Shown: positions 12,060 to 24,281 of the stretch, in pieces
Position numbering within the stretch: position 1 is the first letter of the stretch
Layout: each line of letters starts with the position of its first letter
NCBI GenBank assembly: GCA_951406725.2
Contig: OX597822.1
Span: 7,440,001-7,504,000, forward strand
Direction of reading: 5' to 3'
Length of the DNA: 64,000 nucleotides
DNA from: Octopus vulgaris
Taxonomy: Eukaryota
Translations under genes and position numbers: made by a program
The notes under the pieces: model-generated
What the model saw: the letters and a program-made list of their open reading frames with translations, nothing else
Database searches by the model: none
What the model was told of the DNA's origin: nothing

Positions 12060-13270
12060 CGTGAATGTTGAAAGATGTAAAGAGGTCTAAAGCTGCATTT
12101 GTGGATATATAATTTCTTTATCCATATATACTGTTACATACCGATACACACAATCATGCCGACACATACATATCAACATCGTTTCATTTTTGACTGATTT
12201 CACACAATCCTCGATATGTGAAAATGTGAAAATTTTTCTGAGTTCGGTATTTTCAAATACCGTATATAGTGTCTAAATGATAAAATTCTGAGATAGAATG
12301 TTGATATAAGAACTGCTGGACATGAAATAAGGAATTTGATTGTGTTTAAAATCATATTTGTTACAACGATATGGGTGAAATCTTAATACTTGTGAAACAT
12401 ATACTGAATACCATTGGACTATTACGTTGGAGTATACATCAGTAACTTGCAGTTTTTGACACCATTCAAATGTATAATTTTACACAGAAGCACAGTAACA
12501 CACTCATATTCACACATGTACATATCAGCCTTAAGTTTATCCTGTTGTAACATTATTAAAAAATATCCACATAGAATCAATTGGAGCTGTACCCGGTAAA
12601 GCCTACTTCCATTATTGTATCATTCGGTTAAAGTATTCTGCAAACAAAGAGCGGAATTTTGTGAAATACATTCAGTTTCGTAACATGGTGAATACCAGCT
12701 GCTCTTATGAAACGTACATGTTGCCGAATAAGTAAGAATCACTTGGCGTATTTCTTGTTTTTATTGAAAATATTGACACATCAATAAAAATATATAACAT
12801 TCTATCCGAAAATAACAACACGATAGAAATACTATTGGGGTTTCTTTGCTATAGTCTACTTCAATTACTGATATAATTCTAAAAGGTAATGTTTTGGTTA
12901 AAATTAGAGTGCTTTGGTTTCACAAATATGTTGTAGTTGCTTTTTTTTATATTTCATTTTATAATACGGCTGATCTCCTTTATTTACATTATTATTCAAT
13001 GGCGATACGACTGCGAAATGCTGTAGAATCAGAAGGTCATTTCAGAAAGTAATAATTGCCAGTTATTAATCGAATTTATACGTGCTATTTGAATGGAATT
13101 GTTAATTCCAATAAAATAATATTTATTATTAAAATATAATACTTATTGATATATTCAGTTACGTTATTGTATAAAGTCTATCTTTAAACATACAACCACA
13201 CACGCGCTCACACACACACACATATATGTGTGTAAGTATGCATGTATGTATGTATCTGTCTAGCTATATC

Positions 13271-13304
<34 letters not shown>

Positions 13305-13404
13305 GATAGATAAATAGATAGATAGATAGTTAGATATAGATATATGTGTGTATGTGAGTGTGTGTGTGTGTGTGTGTGTATGTGAGTGTGTGTGTGTGTG
13401 TGTA

Positions 13405-13640
13405 GGTGCTGGAGTGACTGTGTGGTGAGCAGCTTCGTTGCCAACAATATGGTTCTGGATTCAGTCCCACTGCGTGACATCTTAGGCGAATGTGCCTTCT
13501 ATTATATCCACGTGCCGACCAAAGCCTTATGAGTGTAACCTATCTGTGTCTGTCTTTGTGCCTGCGTTTTCCCCCCAACCATCGCTTGACAGCAGATGGT
13601 CCTCTTGCATGGCCGCAGTTAAATGACTGAAACAAGTAAA
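13405..13640 (+). mobile_element. SINE family A, degenerate and internally deleted
   Basis: ggagtgactgtgtggtgag...ttcagtcccactgcgtg...gcatggccgcagttaaatgactgaaacaagt. Confidence 0.8.
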
Positions 13641-13698
13641 CAAAACAGAAGAATCAACAGAAATATATATTTCAATATGTAGAACATAAAGTAAGTTG

Positions 13699-13886
13699 TA
13701 CAGTTCAATATTTAAGAGATGAGGAATTATGTACATTATATTAATTTCATTATTTACATTCGACGGATATTTGTCCTTATCTTGTTTGTTGTTAACACAA
13801 CGTTTCGGTTGATATACCCTCCAGCCTTCTTCAGGTGTCTTGGGGAAATTTCGAACCTGGGCTCTCATTCCTAATGTATTTTTCGA

Positions 13887-13937
<51 letters not shown>

Positions 13938-14001
13938 GATCAACCTCGGAATGTTGGGGTTAGTAGCCCACGCTCTTAACCACTTTGTAATGGACGAGGG
14001 C
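13699..14001 (-). mobile_element. Composite non-autonomous retroelement: tRNA-like head, (AAT)n, hammerhead-bearing 3' region
   Basis: Minus strand reads agtggttaagagcgtgggctactaacccc...gaggttgatc, (AAT)n, ~50-nt linker, HHR, then tail. Confidence 0.65.
13794..13839 (-). ncRNA. Minimal type I hammerhead ribozyme motif
   Basis: GACAC-CTGAAGA-aGGCTG gagggtatat CAACC-GAAA-CG-TT-GTGTT; stem I ACAC/GTGT, palindromic ACGT stem III. Confidence 0.8.
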
Positions 14002-14019
14002 ATGTCCTTCCCTTTCCAC

Positions 14020-14173
14020 TACTCAGTAGTTAAGAGCGCGGGCTGCTAACCCCAAGTTTCTGATTTCGATGCCAAGTAGTGACCTGAACAATAACAACAA
14101 CAACAACAACAACAACAACAATAACAGTAGTAACAGTAGTAGTAGTAACAACAACAACAACAACAACAACAAC

Positions 14174-14208
<35 letters not shown>

Positions 14209-14231
14209 TAACAATAATAATAATGATGATG

Positions 14232-14274
<43 letters not shown>

Positions 14275-14320
14275 CAATAATAATAATAATAATAACAATA
14301 ATAATAATAATAATAATAAT
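14020..14320 (+). mobile_element. Second, inverted tRNA-like head followed by an (AAC/AAT)n tract
   Basis: agtagttaagagcgcgggctgctaaccccaa (14025-14055) is the near reverse complement of 13954-13984. Confidence 0.7.
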
Positions 14321-14321
14321 A

Positions 14322-14918
14322 AAAATCTGACATAGAAAGACTATATATACAACGTATAGAAGGTGGTAGAGGCCTTATACAACTGGAAAACTACTATAAA
14401 ATAACCACCATAGGACTGAAAAAATATCTACTTCAGAAGGAAGGAAAACTGATACAAATAGCGCCAAAACACGAGGAAAACCAAAAACTGTTCTCAGTGT
14501 TTAAGGAAGCTGACAAATACAAACAAGAAATCATACCACCTAATAAATATGAAGAAGAAGAAGAGGAAGTAGAAGAAGAAGAAGAAGAAGAAGAAGAAGA
14601 AGAAGAAGAAGAAGAAGCAGCAGCAACAAAAGCTATAAAACAAATGAAATCCAAACTAAAAATAGAACAGCAACGAACCATGATAAAACGATGGCAAAAA
14701 AGCCCCTTCATGGTAAATAATGGACTAAACTAAATGCAAAAGAAATAGACAAAGAAAAATCCCAGCAACGGTTGAGAAGCTCAGGACTCAAAGCAGAAAC
14801 AGAGGTATTTTTAATTGCAGCACAAGACCAAAGCCTTCCCACCAGAACTTACCAAAAACATGTAATGAAAAGAAATATAACAAGTAACTGCAGAATATGT
14901 GGAGATGGACAAGAAACT
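14322..14918 (+). mobile_element. R4/Dong-clade (RLE-type) LINE C-terminal fragment
   Basis: RLYIQRIEGGRGLIQLE...GLKAETEVFLIAAQDQSLPTR...CRICGDGQET (zinc knuckle); abuts (AAT)n. Confidence 0.85.
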
Positions 14919-15298
14919 TGAGTTCGAAACTGTCTTGTAGAGAAAATCAAAATTCCGCAGAGAATATGTAAGATTATTGATCTATAGGGAAAATATCAAG
15001 CTTGAATTATATAAGCGTCTCATTTTTGCAACTTTATTTTTCATTCCTGATAAAATACATATTTCATTATTTAGAACTTGCTTTTAACTTTCTAAGATGT
15101 CATAATACCGATGGCTTGTATCTAGATACATACGGTGTGGTGAGTGCCTGATAAGTTTAAATTCAATTTGCCATTTCACAGTCAATCAAATTTCCTCGCG
15201 TTGTAATTTTTTCAATATAAATGGAAATGTAAAAAATGCAATCCATATGTAACGTATGGATGTTTTGCGTTCTTGTCCCATTTTGTATTTTATGTATG

Positions 15299-15360
<62 letters not shown>

Positions 15361-15461
15361 TAAATTAGAGACAAAACCACTATTATGCATATCAAACAAA
15401 GAAAGACTTAAGCCAATACATAAAATATTTATATAAGTTTAGAAATTTAACAATTATAAAT

Positions 15462-15522
15462 AACCACTACGATCGTTTCATGTCTTATTTCAGCACATCT
15501 TTGAGTCATTCTTCAGGTGGTT
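15462..15522 (-). ncRNA. Type I hammerhead ribozyme, inverted twin copy
   Basis: Same motif on the minus strand with one stem II mismatch (ATGACT). Confidence 0.85.
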
Positions 15523-15557
15523 TCTTCATAGTTTAAAATTCGCCAAGAAGGTTTTGA

Positions 15558-15618
15558 AACCACCTGAAGAATGTCTCAAAGATGTGCTGAAATAAGACAT
15601 GAAACGATCGTAGTGGTT
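15558..15618 (+). ncRNA. Type I hammerhead ribozyme, canonical core
   Basis: AACCAC-CTGAAGA-ATGTCT..AGACAT-GAAA-CGATCG-TA-GTGGTT; stems I and II perfect, stem III palindromic. Confidence 0.9.
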
Positions 15619-15803
15619 ATTTATAATTGTTAAATTTCTAAATTTATATAAATATTTTATGTATTGGCTTAAGTCTTTCTTTGTTTGATATGCATATTAG
15701 TGGTTTTGTCTCTAATTTAATATAATATAATATTTTACTATAAAATTGGATTCAATCCTAAATCTGATTTTTCCCTGTAAATTTGGATTTATTCCCTACT
15801 ATT

Positions 15804-15877
<74 letters not shown>

Positions 15878-15940
15878 TTTAGGGAATAACAATTGCGGCA
15901 TGACAGAGGTTAAAATTATTCGCAATGAAGAAATATATTT

Positions 15941-16556
15941 TAATTTAGAGATAGTATACAACTACTTCTCACCAAATAAAAATAATGTTTATTTTTATTT
16001 TATATACCTACTGTTTTTTTCCTTGGCAACACGTGTTTCATGAGGTACATCCTCGGGGTCCTAAACCACTCCGTGTTTCCTGGAGCTCCTCTCAAGATGC
16101 CACACCAATCATTATTTGGAACACTAGATATAACTAACATAGTTTTTGTAAATTTTCGTATATTTTTTGTGATTTTTATTCCTTACTGTATTCGTGCAAC
16201 TTTTATTTCTATAACTTTTTATCGTTATTTGCATTTTTATCTGAATTATAGCTTGTACTGTAGAGTCCAGTGAAACTAAACATACCTAATTTAAACATAC
16301 TTATTTTGCACATATTTATGGGATTTAAAAATTAAAAAATAGCTTAACGTATTGAACGTTGATAAAGTTATATAAGGGCCTGATGATTGGCGTGGCATCT
16401 TGAGAGGGGTTCCAGGGAAACATGGGGTGGTTTAGGAACCCGAGGATGTATCTCATGAAACACGCGTTGCCAAGGAAAAAAAACAGTAAGTATATAAATT
16501 TAAAATTAACATTATTTTTATTTGGTGAGAAGTAGGTGTATACTCTCTCTAAATTA
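15941..16556. repeat. ~175-bp inverted repeat (arms 15941-16114 and 16381-16556), PLE terminal-repeat-like
   Basis: ccttggcaacacgtgtttcatgag versus ctcatgaaacacgcgttgccaagg; cttctcaccaaataaaaataatgtt versus aacattatttttatttggtgagaag. Confidence 0.9.
16377..16471 (+). ncRNA. Hammerhead-like motif with long stem II
   Basis: GGC-CTGATGA-(70-nt hairpin including GGGTTCC/GGAACCC)-GAAA-CACGCG-TT-GCC; the twin arm has the perfect palindrome ACACGTGT. Confidence 0.6.
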
Positions 16557-17358
16557 TATATATAAATATATATATATATATCGGCGTACGTACACTTTGT
16601 TCTCTTATATGTAAGTACACATTTTACGGAATCTTGTACGATTCCATTTCTATCAAATCGTTCACGCTTATTCGTTCATTCCACTTTTCGCTCTTTCGTT
16701 CCCCCTCTCTCATATTTCTTTGCCTTCTCTTCTTACTCACTTTCCCTCCACTTTTCACTTCACTGTGTCCCTATCCTCTTTTCTCGCCCCTCCTTAATTC
16801 TTCTGTCCCTCTGCTCCCACTTCTTTTTTTTTCTTCTCACTCCTTAATTCTTCTGTCCCTTTGCTTCTACTTCTTTCTCTTCTCTTCCCACGTGACCGAT
16901 CGTCTAGACTGATCGCTCTTTCTTCCTGGGTCTGACCGTGGTCCGTGCAACATCGATATTCTTCCCTGTGTTTGTGAAATTTCTGTATCTCTGCCGTAAG
17001 ACTTAATTTCCACACGAGCCAGCTTAATTCAATTTCGTCCTTACCCGAAAGACACTTGTTGTTATGTCATGCTATTATTTTAATTGTATTTTTATTGTAT
17101 TTATATTTGTGTAACATTGTCCTTTTTTCCCTTTTTGCTTTTGTATACATTCGATGCTTTCTTCCAAAGAATCTAATGCTCTTAGCTTAGTTTTTCCTTG
17201 GGGTGGGTCATACTGGAGCAACCTCAAGTATAATCAGCCGAAATTGCGAGGATAATCTGGTTCTTAGTTTTGTTTTGCGTGTTTGTCCCATTTTGTATTA
17301 TATATATATATATATATATATGAATATATATATATATAGCGGCGTAGGTCCAATTTGT

Positions 17359-17404
<46 letters not shown>

Positions 17405-17476
17405 GTATAGATATATATAGAGAGAGATAGATTGATAGATAGATATGGATATATATGTGAATATGTATATATAGAC

Positions 17477-17514
<38 letters not shown>

Positions 17515-17522
17515 GTATATAT

Positions 17523-18440
17523 ACACGGAGTGAGTAAGGTATTTTTGGACAGTTAAATACTTACACAAGATGGCTCTTGGAATCAGACAATAATGCCTTT
17601 TTACTGCAAATAGTTTTGAGGATAAGAATAAATATATTGTTTCGTTATTCTATTCAATAAACTCTCCTTCATCTTCAATAACGGCTTCCATGCGAGGTAT
17701 AAATCACCTCCATGCTAGGATCAAGTGGTCTACGTTCTTATGGGGCATTAGTCTGACTATGGAGGCTTTTAGGGATTGCTCGATGTTATGAGGGCGCTCA
17801 TTAACCTCTTTCGTAACTACGCTCCATACATAGTATTCCAATGGATTGAGATCTGGGGAGCTAGGAGGCCAAATGTTGGATTTTATGTGGTCATCATAAT
17901 TTTCCATCATCCAATCTTGTGTTGCTGTAGCCTCATGTGATGGTGCTGAGTCTTTCGCTGGGTACATTATCTATTCTTGGCGTAACCACAATATTCAAAA
18001 CATCTATGTAGGCAGCTGAGACTACTCGAAGACTTTGTTGAAGTAGACCTTCATTGCTGATAACCCCCGCAAACCATGACATTTGCAAGACATTTTGTAT
18101 GCATTATTCTTGGAACTTCCGAAATGTCTGTACATAGCTATCTCTCATTTCTTCTGTTCACTCTCTGATCTTGATCAAAGTCTTTTCTCTGCTAGGCTAT
18201 TAAGTCTGCTTAGGAGGTTTTACATCTGATTAATCGATTCTCCTTCACTGTTTCTGACATGAAATGACATTTTCGCATTGATACCATGTGTATCTAATGT
18301 CTTTGTGGACATCAATTTCTATTGTTCCTTCAGATACGTGGTGTTCGTTTGCATGAAGCACCTCATAGATCTTCTGGGATTGTCATCAATGGTCACCTTT
18401 ACATGCTGAATAAATACGTCTACAATCCTTCTTACATTTC
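17523..18440 (-). mobile_element. Decayed Tc1/mariner-superfamily transposon, DD37 spacing (maT/DD37D-like)
   Basis: KDSAPSH...WPPSSPDLNPLEYYVWS, with 37 residues between the second D and the last acidic residue. Confidence 0.85.
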
Positions 18441-18484
18441 GATACTGGTATATATGTATATCTGAGTTTGTATTTGTGTGTGCT

Positions 18485-18565
<81 letters not shown>

Positions 18566-21500
18566 ATACTCAGGTATGTATTCATAAATAACATATACGG
18601 GAATGACTGTGAAAATGCCGAATGCTATAAAGAATTCAGACCACATATTACATTGATGTATAAGTTAAGGAATATATAACAATCACCTCAACAGCCTATA
18701 AAAGAAGAGCATGGTAGTTCTGATGACTAATGCAATATACGTATTTAAGAGCAATCATGAGTATTGTAAATTCTCTATTGCAAAGAGGGGATAGAACTAT
18801 GACGTGAGATATACAATTATGGACATACAATTATGGTAATTTATTGTCCTTTTAACCAAGCATTTATAAGTAGGTTTCACTTCAATACAATGAAATATGA
18901 AACACAAAACAAATAAAGGGGAGAAAATCGTTTGATTAAAGAGCCATTTTATGATGCCACAGAATTAATATCGAAGTGTAATTGGACATTTTTTATTGGC
19001 ACAATTCAACGCACAAATATTCCAGCACATGTAAATAACACCAGCAACGAAGCGGTGCCAGCAAATAATTCTTGAATATAGCATACAATTATTGCACAAA
19101 ATTTGTGAATGATGATGTCAGTAATGGTATATTCTATATAATGCATGCAACTTATTTATATTGAGAGCAACAAATCATGTATGATATCAATATACACTGA
19201 TTACAATATAGAGCTGTTGGGTTCAGAAATTTGCCTGGTAAAACAGGTTATCGATTCATGCACAATTTAAACGTTTAGCAGCAGCGGCAGTATTAGTAGT
19301 AGTAGTTGTTGTTGTAGTAGTAGTATTAGCAGTGGAAGCAGTACCTCTTTCTCTGTCTCACTTTCTCTACCTATTTCCTTTTCGAATTATTGTTAGAGAG
19401 CTTCGAAGTGCATCAACCATTTTCGGTCATACTCTAATCCCAGCGGGTGACACATTTGCACTACTCAGGGGAAAACACTCCAACTCTATGATCTGTTTGG
19501 ATGAGGACTTTGCGATCTGTTAATGGTGAGGACTTTACGCCGTCGGTTTGCACATCGCTCCGTAATCTCTTTAATAGGCTTCTACGAAAAAGCTGAAATT
19601 GAACCCACTGTCTGGTGACTGAACAAACACGTTAATCTCTTGTAATTAGAAAGGAACATACCAAACCCAAAATATGAGCCTTGGGATTTCAGTTATCCAC
19701 CGTGTCAATATAGATACTTTCGTTACAGGACAAATTCTCCGTGGTCTTACAAAATTAGCACTAATCTAAAAAATACATTGATAAAAAATATATCTAAAAT
19801 AGAATGCCAAATTTACATCTTTGACTTCTGTAACATATGGTGTCATAAAAATAGAGAATGGATATAGCAATTAAAACAAAATATTTTAAAAATATCTGAA
19901 GGCCAATCACAGAAAGAAATTATATTTCGTACTCTGACTTTTATGTGTGATGCGAGATAAGTAATATTTCTTCTATGGAACTTAAAACTTCAGAAACTAA
20001 CTGTCTTCAAAAGTATTTTTCATTATGCTTAGCTCATCACCTGCTATTGCAATTAGTATATAATGGTGCCACTTTATATTTCTGTTTACATTTCTCTTTC
20101 TACCTCTTTCTCTGTCTCACTTTCACTACCCATTTCCTTTTCGAATTATTGTACATCCTGCAAATTCTATATAGCTTGTATCCTATATGCGTTTCAAACC
20201 ACTGTCAGCTTAGTGAAAGCAATGCATTTGACATTTGGCTTGAATCTCAGCAAGTATATTCAACATAAAAGCAAAACATTTAGAAGGGGGCAACATAGAG
20301 TTAAATATATTTACAATAATTAACCTGAAATGTATTTAGTTAATATAAATTATATTTGGAATCCTGAAATGGTTCGCTCGTAATTTCACATTAAATGTTC
20401 CTTGCTATATTTGCCAGCATTTACACATACACTGTGTCACTAGTTGCTGGTTGCAAAATATACGTCTTCCTATGAAATAAATGTCACTATATTAATCGTA
20501 CACATTCCGTCGACAAAATATTGAAATAAAGAGGAATTTATTTTCCTAGCTCGGTGCGGAACTCATAAAGACGACGCCAAATAAGATACATTTGTGAAAC
20601 ACTACAAAGACTATTTCCCTTAATAATCAAATCACGTTCGCCAAAGTCTTCACCATGGTGAATATTCACAGTCATTGATACATAATGATAGAAAGAACTG
20701 TCTGCCATAGCTTGCTAAGTAGCTGCAATTAAAAAAATAATACAAAATAAACAAATGTGTGTGTCGCTGGCTTCAGACCAATAGATTCTATTCGAAAAGC
20801 AATATATGTATACCTAACGACACTGACTCACAACACGAACACAAGTATATTAAACGCACTCATACACACACACACACACACACACAAACACTCACACATA
20901 CACACGTACATACATAAATACTCACACACACAAACACTCACACACATACCCATATATATATATGTATTTATATGTTTATGTATCTCTTCCTTTCTCCCCA
21001 TATATATATACGTATATATAAATGTGCGTATGTATATACACATGTATGCTACTCTTCCTATCTATTCATATATGTATGGAAGTATGCATGTACCTATTTA
21101 TCTCAAAGTTCTCTCTGGCTATATATGGGTGGTATATGTATAACTCATTGTTTCCTACTTTACCTTGACCCCATGCCCTTCAGTATTAAGGTGATAAAAT
21201 AAACATTATTATTTTTGTGATAAAAATCTGCGCAGCAATCTATTTCTGGTTGGACAGCAACCATGAAAATCGAATTGATAAATGGAGTGCTGTTTGCTTT
21301 AATATGCTGAGATAAAATGTATGAAATTTTTTTGGCGGATAAAAAGAAAGATAATGGCGATGGGTTATGTTCTAAAGAGTTGTAGTAATTCACTGAGAGG
21401 TTCACTATATTCGTGTCTTATATTCAGTAAGTTGTTTTATGTTATGGTTAGTTACATCATAGTTCAGTAAGTGATAATAAGTGAAGAGATTTAGGAAAAG

Positions 21501-21870
21501 ATAACTTCAGAGTGCTTATATAATATATTTATATGCGCATACTGAATACACAAAATTCCAAGCACACTATCAGAGACGCAAATGAAACACATGATTGTGT
21601 ATGTTATTATATGCAATATGCGTGTGTGCATGTGTGTTTTGTGTGTGTATGTTCGTGTGCGCATGTGTTTGTTTGCGTTTTTGTGTATGTGAATATATAT
21701 GAACATCTCTACATACATCTGCAGAAACACGCATATAAACACTCGCTCACGCACACACATTTTTTTCATGAAAATTACAACCTTAATTAAATAAGTATAT
21801 TTTATAAAGTAATCTATTCATATATAAATTATAGCATAACTTATTTTCTCTGGTAAACACGCGTATATAC

Positions 21871-21902
<32 letters not shown>

Positions 21903-22369
21903 CTGTGTATGTGTGCACGGGATGTGTCTGTGTGTGTGTGTTTGTGTGTATCACGTCAACCGATATTCGTGTAATTTTTTCTTCAGTCAACAAACAATCA
22001 TTACATATGTTTAATGAGTATCTCATCATGCGCGCCTGCAGCGATCCTAGAAGTTCCTCCATAAGGTTGTTGGTTCCTTCAAATTCTTCAAAACGTTGGT
22101 AGTTAATGATTTCATGTATTTCCGGGGCACTTTCTTTCATACTGTTTCTCTACACGTATTCTAATTAGAAGGATTATTCTGGGTTCTGCTATATATTTCG
22201 CTAAGAAATTCCTCTATTGCCTTAATTTTGTCCCCTTCGATTTTATCTGCGTACATTTTGTTTCGTTCATTGTATTCAGTAGCTGGTCACTTCCTGAACT
22301 TTATGCTACGGAGTGACAAGTAATAAATAACTAGTGGAACCAGTAGTAGTAGTAGTGTCTGTGCTGAGT

Positions 22370-22700
22370 CAATTAAGGACGGAAGATGAATTACGTGAAG
22401 AGACGTTAGGTAGGTTGAAGGAAAGATCCTGCAGTGTTAGTTGTATAGGAGCACAGAGAGCGATCGCAACAGCAAAACATAGGAATGTCTTGGGAGAGAT
22501 GCGTTGAAAAGGGAAACAGTAGGCTGATAATAGAAGCACACAAATCCTGAAAGCAAGGCACATTAGGAAATTGAATGAAACAGGTAACATCGGTGGACAA
22601 TGTAGACACTGTTATAATGGGAAGAAATATTAGAATATATAATAAATGAGTTCTCTAAATTCGTACAATATACTTTGAAAATAAACAAAAAGGTATAAAA
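22370..22700 (+). mobile_element. Highly decayed R4/Dong-like LINE C-terminal fragment
   Basis: Across frameshifts: LKRETV..LIIEA..QILKARHIRK...QCRHCYNG, parallel to the 14.8-kb fragment. Confidence 0.5.
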
Positions 22701-23039
22701 AATGAGGTTAGGAAGATTTCAGCTATTCTTTAATAGGGACGTTGCCAAAACGTCAACTTCCAGTATGTAGAACGATTGCACTGACAAACATCGAGTAAGT
22801 TCCTCGTGAAGGATAAAGTGAAGATACTCCGAAACATAAATGTACAGACCGACAACGTAATCAAGAATTTTAGGCTAGCACTAGGTCTTCTTAAATAAAA
22901 AAATATATATACTTATTGGCATGTGTCGTATACGCCTTTGTCACCAAAGTGACTGTAAAGTTTCTAGAAATGTACATTGAGATTGACAGAATACGGTGTT
23001 GCATGGTTCATGTCATTATTATGAGCCAGCAAATACGGA

Positions 23040-23205
23040 GGTGGGGGTAAAGTGATTGCATCTACCCCATTGTTCAACTGGTATTTATCTTATAGACTCC
23101 GAAATGATGAAAGGTAAAATCGGCCTTTTCGGAATTTGATCTCAGAACAAATGCTGCCAAGCATTTTCTTTGAGATAATAACGATTATTCATGCTCGCCA
23201 CCCTA
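23040..23205 (-). mobile_element. Degenerate SINE family B
   Basis: caactggtatttatc...gatgaaaggtaaaatcggcc..ggaatttgatctcagaac. Confidence 0.7.
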
Positions 23206-23468
23206 ATTATAATAATTCGTCCTGAATAAGATAATCAACTTAAGTGTTATATTAACTTTGGATACACATAAATTATTATTTCTTTTTTAAAGTAAATGCG
23301 ACCTGATACGCTATGTCAGGTCTGTTTACGTAGTTACACAGTATCAATTTGTTAAAATATTTCCCATAGTGGCTCTATATTTGTAATTACAAAAAACAAT
23401 TATTTCTCTGTATAATAGCATTGCTGTTTGAGTTCTGGCACCTAAGATACGAAAATCTATGATGTATA

Positions 23469-23630
<162 letters not shown>

Positions 23631-23909
23631 CAGATACTCCATTTTGTCTCTTGCATAATCTTTGAAGCTTTCAAATTCAATTAATATTTCCATTCGGAAT
23701 AAGCAATGTCTGCGTTACATACAGGACAAATTTATGTTTATGAAATTCTTTAATTGCATTCATCAGTTTTAAGCATTTATGCCTCACTTCCTATGTGGTA
23801 TAATGAACCCTGCGATGAAATCTGAATAAACTGAAGTTGCACAGTATCGGAAAATCAACATCAGGATAGATGAGCCTTCAGAAAAGATATTTGCTTTGCA
23901 CTGATTTAA

Positions 23910-24183
23910 CAATTAGCGGATTCAGCTTAGGACAGTAAGCTCGTGAGTTCGATTCGTGCCAGTGACACACTTTATGTTATGTTACTACAGTCGGCCCCGC
24001 GGACAAAAACCTAATAGTACCTGTATTTCAAAGTGATGGCCTTGTCCCGTCGTGTGCGACGCTGAATTTTCCCGGGAACTATGTTAGTGGTACGCGTGTT
24101 AGTGGAATGCTGAACCATATGCGTCTTAAGTTCACCGGCTGATTATTCTATTGATCAAAGCAACTGGAACAATCGTTCTCATA
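23910..24183 (+). mobile_element. Degenerate tRNA SINE, family D
   Basis: gtgagttcgattc B box; tail gtacctgtatttcaaag..ggccttgtc shared with the 36.9, 37.8 and 44.2 kb copies. Confidence 0.7.
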
Positions 24184-24212
24184 ATACTTTTCATATATAT
24201 ACGTGTGTGTGT

Positions 24213-24281
<69 letters not shown>

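Larger units (their letters stand above)
15351..15729. repeat. Near-perfect ~174-bp inverted repeat with 31-bp spacer, between (TA)n tracts
   Basis: Arms 15351-15524 and 15556-15729 are reverse complements with few mismatches. Confidence 0.95.

Noticed and set aside
18720-18760. CTGATGA hammerhead core (similar lone cores at ~23760, 26356, 34986, 45572)
   Set aside because: No downstream stem II-GAAA-stem III or stem I pairing
21160-21405. Possible host exon ending in AAG|gtaaag
   Set aside because: No recognisable protein, no clear acceptor and no partner exons
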